DNA of 64,000 nucleotides. Origin: Camelus dromedarius (lineage: Eukaryota). Shown one piece after another: positions 37,230-51,543 of the stretch. The notes under the pieces are model-generated. The model ran no database searches. It was not told the origin of the DNA and worked only from the letters and a program-made list of their open reading frames with translations. Made by a program: the position numbers and the translations under genes. The stretch lies in assembly GCF_036321535.1 (NCBI RefSeq), contig NC_087437.1, forward strand, positions 109,680,001-109,744,000. Direction: 5' to 3'. Within the stretch, counting starts at the first letter, position 1, and every line of letters starts with the position of its first letter.

Positions 37230-37470
37230 ATAGTCTCTGTAAATACAATAGTCAAACAAATACAGCAAGAATCTTTGCCCTCATGGAGATTTAGTGAAGT
37301 GACATACTATAAACAAAATAAAATACTGAAATATATAATGCACTAGATGGTGAAAAATCCAAAGGAAAATAAATCAGGGAAGAATCAAGGAATTGAGGTC
37401 AAAATTATAGATCAGGAGGTTAGGCAAGGCTACCTGGGAAAGTGACCTTAGTGTTAACCCTAAAAGAAGT
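37230..37470 (-). mobile_element. L2 fragment
   Basis: aatctttgccctcatggagatttagt...aaatcagggaag...ggaggttaggcaaggctacctgggaaagtgac. Confidence 0.65.
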
Positions 37471-39550
37471 GTGTTATTTTTAATAATGCTAGGGTGATGT
37501 TTGAAATACTTGGTTAAAAAAAAAAAAAAAAAAGTGGCCTGGGCTTGCCCAGGTCTCTGACCGGGAGAGACTAGCTCCAACCCCATCCTCCCACTCACCA
37601 TCCTCCTTTCTCTGACCTTTCCATGCCTACTCCAGAACTGAGTTCCTTCATTGCATTTGGTTTCTTTGGTTATAAGGACAAGATACTGATGAGACTACCA
37701 TCTTGTAGTTTATAAAATGAATGGGAGTCCAGGTCTACAGGACAAGACTCAGAAACAGACCAAGAACCAGGGCATTGGGATCACTTGAATTTCTCATCAG
37801 AGCCCTCTCTCTTGTAGAAATAAGCTTAATTACATTATTTCTCAGTTTATTTGACACTCATCTCTACAGCCAAAGTCTAACAAGGGCCATCTGACTATGC
37901 TCAAGCCACATGCATAGTCTTTGGCCATACTGGGGTACAACAGGGCAGCACCTGGCACAAGGAATAGTTTATGCTCTTATGTAGGCAGAACCTCTAGATT
38001 TAGAAACACATCCAGCATGTACACAATGCAGGAGAGGCAACACCCACTACAGTCATGATTCCCCCAGTTCTGCAGGCTCCACGTCAATATATCCCAGCAC
38101 CTGGTTTAGTCTCATTTGCCACATTCTTTACATCAGTGTGTTATATAGACTTTTCTGTGCCAGCAGACTGCTGAAGATAATGAGATATACATCAAATGAC
38201 TACTCTTACAGTAAATCCTGCTGGGAGAAACAACTTATGGTGTGAAATACATTTTCTCCTTCAAAATTTCTTCAGCTGTTTAGCTGGGCTCGAATGTTGC
38301 AGACAGGCAAACACCAACCTCCGTGATTGACATCTAGGGAACAGAATCCATCCCGAGGGGAGAGTCGAGAAAATTGGACATAGTTGCCTATTTTAGACAA
38401 GAAATAGGAAAATAAATTAATAAGGGTTTTCAAATTGTGTGCCTCATCTTCTTTTTTGGAACTGACTAGAAAATTTCATTTGCTTTTATTTCGTGCACTT
38501 TGTTTTCCATAACAGTTTTCTGATCTCTGTGGCCTCTGCTTTCTCTGCAGTCGGCTTTGTGCAAAGCCCGTTCAGGTTCCCGCAGGAGCTTTTGCAGTAG
38601 TGGCATTTGCAGTGGGTGGAGACGGCATTTTTAAACATTTCTGGCTGTGCTGGAAAATAAGACATATGCATTGACATTTCCCATGTGAGCACAATAGCTC
38701 TTCTTTAATTCTGTATTGTAAATGCCACGTCTGTATTTAATTTTCTTTGATTTTTCCTGGTTCGTTCATTTCAATAATTTTCTTCTCTATTGAACCATCT
38801 TATCTTTATTTTTGGTTGTTTATGCTGGTATTTTTCCACAGACACATTTTTATGATTATATGTTATTTAATTTACATGCAGAGAAAAAGGAATTGAGTTG
38901 TTATACAATGGATTTGCTTTCGTGTCATAGGCATCTGTTTTAAAGCACAAACATTCTGGAGAAATGCAAATATATTCAGATTTACTAATGTTCATAATCA
39001 AAGAAGTACTCCCTTTATTCAAACAAATGATTAGACATAAATACTGAAATAAAAAGATTCATGTTATGAATTATCTAATTTTGACTCCCTGTCTGAAAAT
39101 TAATTCAGTCATTCTGTTTGAAATCGATGTCCATAATCTCTGAGTGTGGATAGCAGGTGTTGAGACTTTGGGGGTACTAATTTGTTGACTTTCGAGATTG
39201 TGGAGGAAATTTTTCTGTTCTTAAATATGTCTGTCCTCATCCTCTCTGAGAACCAAGATCTGTGAGATTCTGACTTGCCTCTGAAGCATCATGGACCACA
39301 GAATAAGCTTCTGCTGATTTTTTAGACACAAAATACCTGAGCCCTACTCAGAACATAATGAATAATAATATATGAGTCTTAATTTCTACATTAAAAAAAA
39401 AAGAAAACCTCAGATGAATCTTATGTTCTCTACAGTTTGAGAACTACTTATAAATAGACCTTTTTTCCCTATAGCTGATAACAGTTAATCTCCAATTTCA
39501 GATACTTTTCTTGTCTCCAGAACACATCCTGAGTCACCTTAAAAACAGTA

Positions 39551-40324
39551 AACATACAATAGGGAAAAGATAGTCTCTTCAATAAATGATGCTGGGAAAA
39601 CTGAATATACACATGCAAAATAGAATGAAACTGCACACCTATGTTACACCACTTGTAACAACTAATGAAATAGATTGAAAACTTAAACTTAAGACCTGAA
39701 ATCATAAAATTCCTAGAAGAAAACATGGGGGAAAAGCTTTTTGACATTGGCTTTGGAAGTAAATTTTTGGATATGATTCCAAAATCACAGCCACCAAAAG
39801 CAAAAATAAACAAGTGGTACTACGTCAAACTAAAATGTTTTGTCACAGCACAGGAATCATCAACAAAATGGAAACAGAAGAGGAGAAAATATTTGCAAAT
39901 CATATATCTGATAAAGGGTTAATATCTAAAATATGTAAAGAACTCATACAACTCAGTAGCAAAAAATCCAATTAAAAAATGGTCAGAGGATCTAAATAGA
40001 CATTTCTCCAGAGAAGACACATGTCTCCTGGCCGATGGATAATGTGAAAAGATGCTCAACATCACTAATTATTAGGGAAATGCAAATTGAAATCACAATG
40101 AGATAATAACATCTCACACCTGTTAGAATACCTATCATCAAAAAGACAAGAAGTAACAAGTGTTGGTGAGACTGTGGAGAAAAGGGAGTTAACGCTGGGA
40201 AGTGATGGATATGTTAATTAACTTGATTGTGATCATCATTTTGCAATGTCTATGTATATCAAATTGTCACTTTAAGTAACATACAATTTTGTTTGTTATT
40301 CCTCCATAGAACTGGAAAAAAAAA
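39551..40324 (+). mobile_element. L1MA/MB ORF2 end plus 3' UTR with internal deletion
   Basis: ggaaaagatagtctcttcaataaatg...; decayed ORF2 peptide MGEKLFDIGFG; jump at about 40188 to gtgatggatatgttaattaacttgattgtg and a poly-A tail. Confidence 0.9.
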
Positions 40325-41649
40325 AGATATAGGAGACCATAAAAAAAGTCAACACATTGAATAATTTGGGATTCAGCATCTAGTCACTCATGTTTTCCCC
40401 TTTTGTCCTTTTTCATCTCCAGGCAATGTCCAGTATGTCTTACCTGCCTGACAACCTTGCCCCCAGAGGGTTAGAACTCTGAGACATTCAGTTCCTAGGA
40501 CTGCACTCCTCTTTGAGTCCTACCTCATAGACATCGCTCTATTTGTCTCTACCCATGTTTAGATTGGCTTTGTTGGAATGAGATCTTTCAAGTCGTGGCT
40601 AAGGTGCAATGTATCAGGGGAAACATGCTTCAGTGTCTCAGGCTGGGTCCAGCTCTGGGCTTCCGCCTTCTCGCACCACTAAATCAGCTTTGTCCCTGTT
40701 ACATAGAATTGCCAGCTGCTTTCTAGGGTAGGCTCCCTACTAGACAATAAGGAAATCTAGGGCAGGAATCTTACTGTGTGAGTCTTGCATTCACAGAGCC
40801 TGTGAAATACCTGACCTCCAGCAAGCACATCATAGATACGTGTTGCACTAAAAGGAACGGAAGCAACCACAGCCTCTGCCAGAGACCGGTTAGGATGCAG
40901 AATCCGATTCTTGCTGTGCTGTTTCACCACTTAATTTTAATTTTGTTCTTTGATCATAATAACATACTGAAGTGAAAAAGGAGAGCCAGGAACATTTTGT
41001 TCTGTGACTAGATAATGTTTATTTTAATATTTCAGCAAATTGAGAGCTCCTGTTTTCTTTAGGCTTAATGAAAGTCCGTGATTTAAAATAAAGTAATTAT
41101 TATTGAAGTCCAGTTTTCAACTTGAGTGAAAGAAAATGTGACTTTTAAAAATCTTAATTAAGCCTCTGACATAACAATAATAAATATTTTCTTTTCACTG
41201 ATTAAGTTGGAAAACTCTTCCATCTTTTGCCAATGAGTAAGACTCATAGATTTGATAAGAGTAATGTGTTAATGGCTTTGAAAACAAATATTTACTATTT
41301 GCATTTTATTGAACTTCTGTGAGCTCATGTAAGTTCATTTTCCTCTAAATTTTGAATTTGTCTTTAGCTTAAAAATGCTATATGTAAATCACATAAGACA
41401 AATTGAAGTCATTGCTGCATTTTTTTCTTCTTTGAAATATATATGTGTTTACCCATGTATCAACAAAGTAAGATCTTGCAAGATAATAAAAATAAACTTA
41501 AGTGATAGAATTCAATTGCAAAATTACACTAATTTCTTCTGTTTTTAAAACTGTTTTACCAAATTATCTACTGTCTTACTATGATTATAATTAGGTCTAC
41601 TAAACTTTTAGAATAAAATTTTTGAATTAGTGGGGTTTTCATATAATTT

Positions 41650-41860
41650 TGGTGGAAGTGAAACTGGTACACACCTTTGGAGGGAAATTTGGCAAAATGT
41701 ACCAAACACTTAAGTACACGGACTCTTATAAATTCTTATCTACAGGTTTATCCTAAAATATGCTCAAACATGTGAAAAGGTTTAGATAAATATATTTATT
41801 GCAGATTTTTTAAATGATTGTTCAAAGATGAAAATAATTGGAAGTTCAACAGTTGAGCAA
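41650..41860 (+). mobile_element. L1ME fragment
   Basis: ggtggaagtgaaactggtacacacctttggagggaaatttggcaa. Confidence 0.6.
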
Positions 41861-42314
41861 GATGACCAATTGATTCGGGAATTGTGCTTACTACTGAATT
41901 TTTTTCTTTTTAAATCTTTTATAGAAAAGTATAGACTTTTAAAAATTATCATGATGAACATTTATTTCTTTGGTAATCAAAATCAAATAAGATAATTTTA
42001 TACTTATTTGAAAAAAGGCAATGAATTAACAGTTTACTTAAACTAGTTTTCACTAAGTTTCTAGTTATGATCCCACTGACTATTAAAATTGTCTATGAAT
42101 TACCCTGTTGGGTGTTGAGTCTTGATCAAGTGATTCATCCTTTTAGAGTAAGCAGATCCAGGGACAGAATAAATCAAATCAACAAAGGTTTTATGGAAGC
42201 TTATACCCTGTACTGATATCTAGGAAATACTCATAAGTCAGAAATTCCCATTCCTACCAGAAGTACCTCCAAGCTTAGGTACCTACAAGTTATCTTTCTG
42301 CTTCATGATAAATT

Positions 42315-42326
42315 ACACACACACAG

Positions 42327-42371
<45 letters not shown>

Positions 42372-42374
42372 CAC
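42315..42374. repeat. Interrupted (CA)n microsatellite
   Basis: Seen directly. Confidence 0.97.
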
Positions 42375-42740
42375 ATCTTCTACAGGATAAAATTAACTTT
42401 TATGAAAAACAGTACACCCAAGAGCCTAAATAACAAAGGAAGCCAGCAAGATCCATTTTTTCTTTGTTTATTTTCTTTTCTTTTTCACCTTAGCACCTCC
42501 TGAAACAGTAAAGGAGCTATATGTCCATTTCATCTGAATCTCCTTTAAATTCCCAAATTCTTCTCAGTGGGGCTGGTACCATGAGTGGCTAATAATTCTT
42601 CAAGTACTTCCTTTCTTTTACACTATATGTAAAGGCATGCTTTTATACTATATAAAATAAAGAATAAAGTAAGAATAACAGGATAGTTTCCACTATAAAG
42701 TCCCATTTCTTCTCATTATTGAATTGGTAGAGAAACTTAC

Positions 42741-43018
42741 ATACAGCTCCCCCTTTTTTGGCTTTTGTAAGTGCCCTACCTTGCTCTTTCCTGAGACTGG
42801 TCTATGCTGGGATGTTAGTTTTTCATGCAAGGTCTCACTAAATAATATTTGCTTTGTATTCTCAGGCTGTTTTTATGTCACTGTTCACACTTTCCTTTAT
42901 CACCAAGACTTTTATACCGTTGTTAAGGAGGTTTGTTTTCTCCAACAGCCTTGACAAAATGATAGCTTCCTGCATTCATTATTCACCTGGGAGAGCCATA
43001 GTTCCACGCCTTACAAAT
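42741..43018 (-). pseudogene. Candidate decayed exon (278 nt)
   Basis: ctgaactttcag|AT and TAT|gtaagt; FVRRGTMALPGE**MQEAIILSRLLEKTNLL, then a frameshifted ENTKQILFSETLHEKLTSQ. Confidence 0.3.
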
Positions 43019-44414
43019 CTGAAAGTTCAGCTCTAACACTCTTGTTTTTCTCTCTGTTCTTTGCCCTGATTGGAAAGCACGCTTTGCACTTGCTAATGAA
43101 GAAGAGTAAAGTCTTGGTTGGGACAATGTAGAGTGACATTTGTGGCAATTATAGCTTCAGTGAAGACCCTCAGGTTAACCTCATGATTAACCATCACATG
43201 CTCACTATTAAGTGGGATAAAAAAAGAATCAGTCTTCCCAATTGTATGCTTTCAGACTCATTATTTTTAAGGTCTTCCATGGTAGTAGAGGAATTATATT
43301 ACCTTGACCTAACATATTTTCTGAACCTGACCAAGGAAGACTATACTTTTGCACTTGATGCTTTGACCTTTTGGTTCTCCTTACAAACCCAAGAGAAAAT
43401 TTTCAGAAAAAAATTAGAAAATAGCAAACTGGTGAATAGGGCTCTATTGACCTGAATACCAAAGAGTTACAGGCAGGGACTTCAGAGAATCCCGTAGAAA
43501 AGACCCTCTAATGGTGTTGAGAGCTGAAATCTCCCTAAGACATTGACGACATAAGTACTAGAACTTAGACAAGTGATGATAGGGGACAGCAACTATGTTT
43601 CTTGATTTAGGGGTTGACAGTGGAAGCCAGTGGTACTAGTTCATAGCAATGCAACAACCTAGAAGCTGGAAGCCACAAAGAAGCAGCATCCAAAGATCCA
43701 ATAACCTTGTTAACAAGTGAGTCAGAGATGGACTCTGAAAATGTGTGGTAGCAGGAAAGACGGTAATCCTGTTACAGGATTCAACTTGGAGTGAGAGAAC
43801 ATGGCAGCCGGGAGGCCACTGGGGAACATCAAGGCATGGGCAGTATTTGATTGAGTCTGGGCTCTCCATTGGTGTGGGTAGCATGAGGAAGAGTATGCAA
43901 AAGAAGAGAGATATTATTTTGTGACTTTGTCTTGGTTGTATTTTCAAGATAATGTGAATTATCAAAACATAGAATTTTAAAAGAACTATCACAATAAAAT
44001 AATAGCATTTACTCTCAGCGTAACCCAAAATGTCTCCATGCTGTATGCTTTGTGAAAACAGAAGTTACATTAATATTAAGATCTGAATTTCATGAATGTG
44101 ACGTGTCCCCTCCAGCTGTTTCAGAATTGAATTTTTTTTCTTAGCGTTTCCTTCATTTATATTTGGGAAAACCTCTAACATTTTCTTCTTAGAAGCCAAG
44201 GCCAACAAGAAAGTTTCTGGAAATAATTGACCATAGCCACTGTGCTTGTTCCTCCACGAGCAAAGTGTTCAGCCAGGTGGAATGTGTCAAGCTGATCGTT
44301 GTGCACTGATTCCAAATGCCAGCGGAGGACTCCAATGCGTGGAGGTTTGCAAGATCATTGCAATGCCAGCCACCAGAAGTAGAAGCTCGAACACTTCTGC
44401 CCATGGCGTCTTGG

Positions 44415-44849
44415 TGTCAGAGTTGCCAAGAAAAACACCACAGTCAAGCACTGGATGGGCAGTGCTTTTACTCACTTGTAGAAGAGACAGCAAGATCGAT
44501 TCCAATAGTGTGCATCAGTCCCTCATGGCCAGCAAGTTCCCCCAGCAGCTGATGCAGAGCGGTTGGCCTACAATCACCCCTCTCATGACACAGTAGAAAG
44601 ATACCAGTCCCTCCTCACTGGAGTCTGAAATGCTGATCACTGGGGGCATGCCTGAAAGCCATTAACGCACGTGCTTATGCAGCAAAGGAATATTCATTTA
44701 GCCTGAAACAGGGGAAGATAGTCCCATACACGGTAATAAGATCCACACAGGCCGTGTGGACTCTTCATCTCTTGGTAAGGAAGTTTCAGGCCCAAGGCTC
44801 ATTCTTTTATGCCCAAAAGACTATGCACATGAGGCTGCCTTTCTAAACA
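44415..44849 (-). mobile_element. ERVL solo LTR, MER54-like
   Basis: Minus strand starts TGtttagaaaggcagcctcatgtgcatagtcttt, has an agtaaa poly(A) signal and ends ctctgaCA. Confidence 0.65.
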
Positions 44850-46833
44850 GAATGGCATTTCTATCATTCTACTGGACAAGATTTTTCTCTGGAGACAGCT
44901 ACCCAGGCATTCCCACTGGCAAAGTTCTATGATGATCTATGGTGGGATAAAGGAGATGGTCCTGTGCTCAACTCTGTCCTAAATGTCCCCACCAAGAGTC
45001 TAGACAGAAGCAGTCCCTGCTCTGTGTGTTTCATTCCCTCTGTCAAAACAAATCCTCTACTTGTACCCAATATCGTTTTTCCTATAAAACGACAGATCTA
45101 GACTCTTGGGTTAGATTGAAAACAGAAAATCATCATGTTCTTCTTTCCAGTCACCTTCCCAGGGTGCCTAAACAGAAAGCCTTTTATGTTTTCCAAACAA
45201 GAACAATGTCATCGCCAAAACAAAACAGAACATAAAATACATCTACTGTTCCCCACAACACACACATTAATTAAAGAAAACCAAACCACAACAAGACAAA
45301 AATGAAACAGAGACTCTCCTTTACAGCTTAGAAAACCCTTAGGGCAGGAGGAGGCATTGGTTGTCTGAAATCCAAACCAGATTTTGCTTCAGCTCCATCA
45401 ATCTACCTCACTCTAACTCTGATTTCTCTCATCTTTTTGTAAACTTATAAGTCCTTATAGTCCTCTCTGTCTGGTTTCCTTAATTTTAATTCTCTTTCTG
45501 CTTCTCCTCATTCTCTTTATGTTCAAATTATTTTTCATCAATTTCTGTGTATTATTCTTTCCAGCACATGTACTTGAGAACACCTTGTGTACGTGAAGTC
45601 AGTCATGTGTGTCTATAGGTCAGTAGGGACTCTAGGCTATGAGTAATGGAAACAATTCAAGATTTCTTGGAATGAGAAGGGAAAGATTGGGGAAAACAGA
45701 CAAAATATGGAGAGCTCAGGTGTGTTGGACAGCAGGACCCTTGATGAAGTTCATGCTGAATGAAAATTCTTGATTACCAGGCGCTTCACTTACGATGAAC
45801 ATGATCTCTAACCATCTCCATATGGTGATATAATTTATTCAAGATTTGAAGTCTGAAGAGAAAGCCTGAGATTATCTCATTCTCATTCACATGCCTGCCA
45901 CCAGCCACCTGACAGCACCAGCATGTCGGAAAATGGCCACTATTTCCAAAGTCTATACATGTAAGAGAGCTCTCCAAAAGAAAGATCGAAGTAGTGATAT
46001 AAAAGAAGCTTGGTATTGGGTGGCCAGAAAATGACAAGTGCTCACCAGGGATGGTAAGTTTATTGATCTCACAATTTTAACTGGACTTTACCCTGGGAAA
46101 TACTAAATGCTTATCAATGTGTTATTAATCATTTTTTTAAAATATTGATTCAATCTTCAGTCTTTAGTATTTTAGAATTTATCCTGTATTTACCTGTATA
46201 AAGTAAGTAAGGTCTGCATGATGGTTAGGCTCAGGGAATTCTTACTATAAGCACTTCTATAGCTTTAGCATTTCCCATGTTTTTATGTCATCTTCGTATC
46301 AACTGCTTTGATGGTTTCATAATTTCATCAAGTTGATAAGTCATAATTTGTTTATGACTCCCTGCCTCAGCCCATGCTCACTTTATTTGGCAGTTAGGTC
46401 ATTTTTGTTTTGTTGGCTAACATAGATAATAAAATAATAGCCATACTTATGTATATAATTCTTTTCTTACTCTTGGATTATTTTAAGATAAAGATCCCCA
46501 AGAGAAAAACTACAGTGTTAAATATTATGCACATGTCCACATATCTTGATCAGTATTAGCACATTACTTCTTAAATATATTCAATATTCCTAAGGTCATT
46601 TTTGATGAGGCATTGCAAAGGTACAGTGGTTAAGACTTCACCTAGGGGTCTCAAGGTCATATAAGGGTCATTTAAAGAGAGAAGCTGATTGCCCCAAGCT
46701 CTGTAGAGGGATCACACACACATGTTACACTATAAAGGAAAACTATCTGAATCTGATATATGATATAACTGCACAGTAATCGTGACAGAAATCTGGCCTT
46801 GGAGCTCATGAGTAGTAACACGTTAGCACATCA

Positions 46834-47168
46834 TTTTATTTATTTATTTATTTAGACTATTCTTTTAGAGCAGTTTCAGGCTCACAACAGAATTGAGCAG
46901 AAAATACAGAGAGTTGGCACATAGCCCTCCCCACCCACACATATATACTCCCCTACCCCCAACATCCCTCATCAGTGTGGCATTTTGGTACAATCGATGA
47001 ACCAACGTGGGCACATTATTATCAACCAAAGTCCATAGTTTACATTAGGGTGCACTCTTGATGTTGTACATTCTATGGGCTTTGACAAATGCATAGTGAC
47101 ATGTAGCCACCACTATAGTATCGTACAGAATAATTTCATTGCCCTAAAAAAATCCCCTGAAGCACTTC
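46834..47168 (-). mobile_element. L1MC1-type 3' end
   Basis: ttttagagcagtttcaggctcacaacagaattgagcagaaaatacagagag...ccaaagtccatagtttacattaggg. Confidence 0.9.
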
Positions 47169-48017
47169 ATTATGTATTGACTTTCACTTATATTTTCTAG
47201 AAAAGCCATTCCATCTGCAACTAAATATTCAGTCTGAATGTTGGGAACACTATTTAAAAAAAAAAAAAAAAAAAGACCGCATGAAGTTAAGGCAACATCT
47301 GAGCTTCTGAGGCTGCTTACCACGTTTAAACAGCATGAGTCTTTAGAGACAGCAGAGTGCTTATGGCTAAACATAGCAGGTAGTAAGAAAATTTAAATGC
47401 CAAAGGTCATTTTACCATAGAAGAGAGGTAGAAAGGGAGTGACGAAACTAAAGATTAAAGAACATTTAGAGCCTTATTCCTTCAAAGCAATTTCCTTTTT
47501 TAAATGTCAGAAAAAATCCTTTTAAAAAATAATTAATTGACAGGAGAGTCTGTAAACTATTCAACTGTGCTTAAATTGCTTGGAGTGTACCCCTGCACTC
47601 TCACAATTTTGGGATCAGTCCACATAGGGCAGGGCAGAAAGAATTCTAAGTAAAGTTTACCATGACTTAATTTTCCTTTTAAACACTAGAGTTTACCTTT
47701 CTGATGTATGTCAGTTGAACGAGACTGTGAGATTCTTGAAAATAGGGTATACGTCATATTAACTATGTTTAAAAAAATTAACCGGCTCTGTTTATTTAAC
47801 AGACCATCCTTTACCCAATGTTCTGTAGTACAACATTTGTTGTAAATCAAGCATTCATATGTGTCTGTTTCTACAAACCCTATCCTTTCTTCTGTTCTTT
47901 TTGCTGATCTATTTGTCCATCCTTACACCACTGTCTCACTGTCTCTGTTACTATGACTCTCTGAGTCTTGATTCCTGATTGAGCAAGTTCTCCAAACTTG
48001 GTTTCCTTTCTTGAGAA

Positions 48018-49090
48018 TTTTAACAGCTTTACTGAGATATAATTTATATACCATATAATTAATCCATTTAAATTGTATAAATTAAATGGTTTTTAATATA
48101 AGCACACATATGTCCAAATATCACCATCCTTATTCTAGAACATTTTCATCGCCTCACCAAGAAACTCCATACCCTTATCTTTACATTTTCCTCCCAGTCC
48201 TAAGGGACCACTAACTAATCGATTTTTGCCTCTATAGATTTTTCTATTCTAGAATTTCATATGAATGAAATCCTATAATATGTGGCCTTTTGTGACTGGC
48301 TTCTTCACTTACCATATTTTCAAGATTTATTCATGTTGTAAATATCAGTATTTAATTCCCTTCTACAGAAAAATAATATTCCATTGTACGTATGTACCAC
48401 ATTTGTTAATCCATTCATCAGTTGACTGGCATTTGGGTTGTTTCCATCTTTTGGCTATTATAAAAACACAGTTATAAATATTTGTGTACAAGATTTAGCA
48501 TGGCTACATGGCTGCATTTTGGGGGAGTTTATATCTAAGAGTGGACTACCTGGGACACATGGTAGCTATGTTTGTCTGAGGAACTGCCAAGCTGTTTGCC
48601 ATTACCATTTCCCACCAGCAGTATATGAAGTTTCCAATTTCTCTAATATGTGTTATTATCTTTTTTTTTCAATTCTAGACATTCTCATTTGTATGAAGTG
48701 GTATCTTGCAGTTTTGATTTTCATTTCCCTAATAACTAATAACGTTCAGCTTACTGTGCTTATTGGCCATTTGTATACCTTCCTTGGAAAGATGTTTATT
48801 CAGATTCTTGGACCATTTTTAAATTGGGTTATATGTATTTTTATTATTGAGTTGTAAAAGTTTTTTTTATATATTCTAGACACAGTTCCTTATCATATGT
48901 AGTCTTTGAACTTTTCTCCCATTCTATGGACTGCTTTTTCACATTCTTAATGGTGTCCTTTGAAGAACAAAAAGTTCTTAATATTGATAGAGCCCAATTT
49001 ATCTTCTTTTTCCTTTTGTTAATCATGTTTTTGGTATTATATCTAGGAATCTTTTGCCAAATCCAAAGTCACGAAGATTTACCCAAATAG
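48018..49090 (-). mobile_element. L1MB 3' end and ORF2 tail
   Basis: ttaacagctttactgagatataattt...ccattcatcagttgactggcatttgggttgtttcca...ccaaatccaaagtcacgaagatttacc. Confidence 0.9.
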
Positions 49091-51189
49091 TTTTTGCTTT
49101 ATTCATTCTTGTTTCATAAATATAGTTTTGCACACAATTAAAATATGAATAATATAAGTTAACTTACTGAATTATCACTAGAACATTAAAAGGAAGGAAG
49201 GTTAAAAAGCGTAATTTTCTTTTTTACACTGGTAAATTTCCTCTGTAGATTATTCATTCCACTTACTGTGTTTCATCACTATTATAAAGAAAGCATTTAG
49301 TAATCTTTCTCAAAACTGCACTTTGTTAACTTTTTTTTTTAAACATCTTAACTAATTCACTGATTTTTCTTAAAAAAAAAAGAAAAGAAGAAAAACTCTG
49401 CTCTTTGGCCTTGTTTTATTTTTTATAAAACTAATAGTTTTTTAAAAATTCATGACCATGTAATTTATTTAATCTCTATCAGTACATTATTCCTGGAGTG
49501 CTCTTAAGGATAAAAACAAAAGTGAAAATCTTTAAGATATTGGCAGTTGTTATTTTTGAACCTATTTATTTCATCAAAGTATATTCATTTGGAGAGGAAA
49601 TAGGCCATAATACATATGTAAGTAAACAAAAAACTAAAGAAAGGTAGATGAATAGTTTAAAAGCTGATACCATAAACAAGGAATAATCAGTAAATTCTAC
49701 AGATACATATTTTAAGTAATTAGAGCATTCCCTTCCTCTATCCAATTCCATTTACATGTGGATAAAGCTAACTGGAAAGGGCAGTTTGTAGATTTTCAAC
49801 CATACAGCAATGAGCACTGGATTAAAGAAGATGACAAACTCAGTATGTAGGCATCTCATATTAGAATTAGGTTTCATGTTGGATGTTGCATTAAAAAAAT
49901 TGACAAATTAAAATAGATGTTTCTAAAGAAGAACCAACAGAATGCAAATGTTCTGGCAAGTATTTTGTAAAGGAAGATTTCAGGCACTGAGGGACATTAA
50001 TCTAACAAATAGATAAATTCAGGTGACTGTTCTCTTAAATTATTGAAGGGTGGCCTCATAGAAGACTGAATTATGTTTATAACAAAAGACAGATACAGGG
50101 TTAATGGGTAGAAAATATGAGGCAATTATTTTTTTCAACATGAAAAGAAAATTTTAATAATCTTTTCAGGAGTTGTGTAGCTGCTTCATTAATATAAAGG
50201 AGACAGAACTCTCTTCCCTGGATGTTGCTCAGGGACTCTGATGCAATGTGATTCCTCTGACCAGGTCACCTTTAGTGCTTTGTGCAGCTTGTAGGCCCTG
50301 CAATTCCGTAACTGTATTGTATCACCTTTTAGAACTGTTTAAGATCTGATTGAAATGATTTGCTCTGGTTATTCCTCTTCTTGAACAGGAATTATCAAAT
50401 TACTAAAATATTTCAGTTACTTTGGGCTAGTATCAGGCCAATGCCATGACCACCTGCCCCTAGAGTGCAACTGAACAGTCTTTGTTATTTTGGGAGTTTG
50501 CTGATGCTTCTGATGTAACTGCAGTGGTGAACAAAATGTTCTGTATTCTCAGTGTCACTGGAACTTAAGTAGTTGACGTTTTATAAAGCACTTGGCTGCC
50601 CGACGAGAACCCACTAAGGAATCTCCTTGAGGCACTAGCCTTAGATAATCAGAGACTTGGAGCACGAAGCTACGTACGACTCAAATTGGACAGACCGTTT
50701 CAGCATGGCAGGTACATTCCAATCTGAGCCCGCACTTCCTAAGAACAATGGTCCATTCTTCAACAATATGTTTGATTATATTTAGCAATATAGATTATTT
50801 TTGCTTTATTTAAGACCAAATGATTGCAAGTGTAAGTTTTTTCTTCTTTATTTCTCCAGTCTTTTCTTCCTTCTTCTTTTGGTTAGCTAGTGATTGTTTT
50901 GTTGTGTTGATTTTTTTTTTAATCCTGATGAATATAGAGCCTGGGGTCAATAATTATTTTTACATTAACAATAGGAATAAATAAATGCATAAATAAATGT
51001 AGATACATTTATTTTTAATACAGTTGTCAGGAAGTGACAAGGGTATAGAGTGAAAAGAGAGAAAAGAAACAAACTCAAATCTGAAGTCAACCCAAGGACT
51101 TGGGAAGTCCATTTTGTTCCTAAAGAAGGACTAATCAAGAGACTGTTCAGAGTTTACACTTTGCTAGGACAAGCATCTGAGATAGTTTT

Positions 51190-51372
51190 TATTTACAGTG
51201 CATTGGAACTATTTGTGCAAATATACATGAAAAAGATACATTTCTGTTGCATTGGGTATTGTGAGGACTAAGCAAAATAATGAATCTATCTCAAAAATAA
51301 TAGCTTCTAAAGCTCTTAGAAGTGTGCCTGATATGTAGAAAAATGCTCACTGAGCATTAGCTATTATTGTTT
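51190..51372 (+). mobile_element. MIR fragment
   Basis: gggtattgtgaggactaag...taaagctcttagaagtgtgcctgatatgtag...gcattagctattatt. Confidence 0.65.
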
Positions 51373-51543
51373 TATCATTTTTATGCTTAGAGTGGGCTTT
51401 ATCCATTATTTTGTTTGTTTACTTTGAGAACTCTGAAGTGACAGGGTTACCCAGTTAATTCCGAATTGGACTCCTTCTGGGCAGATCCCTAGAACACGAA
51501 GTTAATTCTCAGCCTCTGAATGTAAACACCCCAGAGGAAGCAG

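Noticed and set aside
39551..40324. Active L1
   Set aside because: 5'-truncated, internally deleted, with stops and frameshifts in ORF2.
44246..44596. Four overlapping ORFs as a gene
   Set aside because: Three of them run into the MER54-like LTR starting at 44415, and none resembles a known protein.
48265..49026. ORFs of 70, 139 and 60 aa
   Set aside because: All inside a decayed L1MB.
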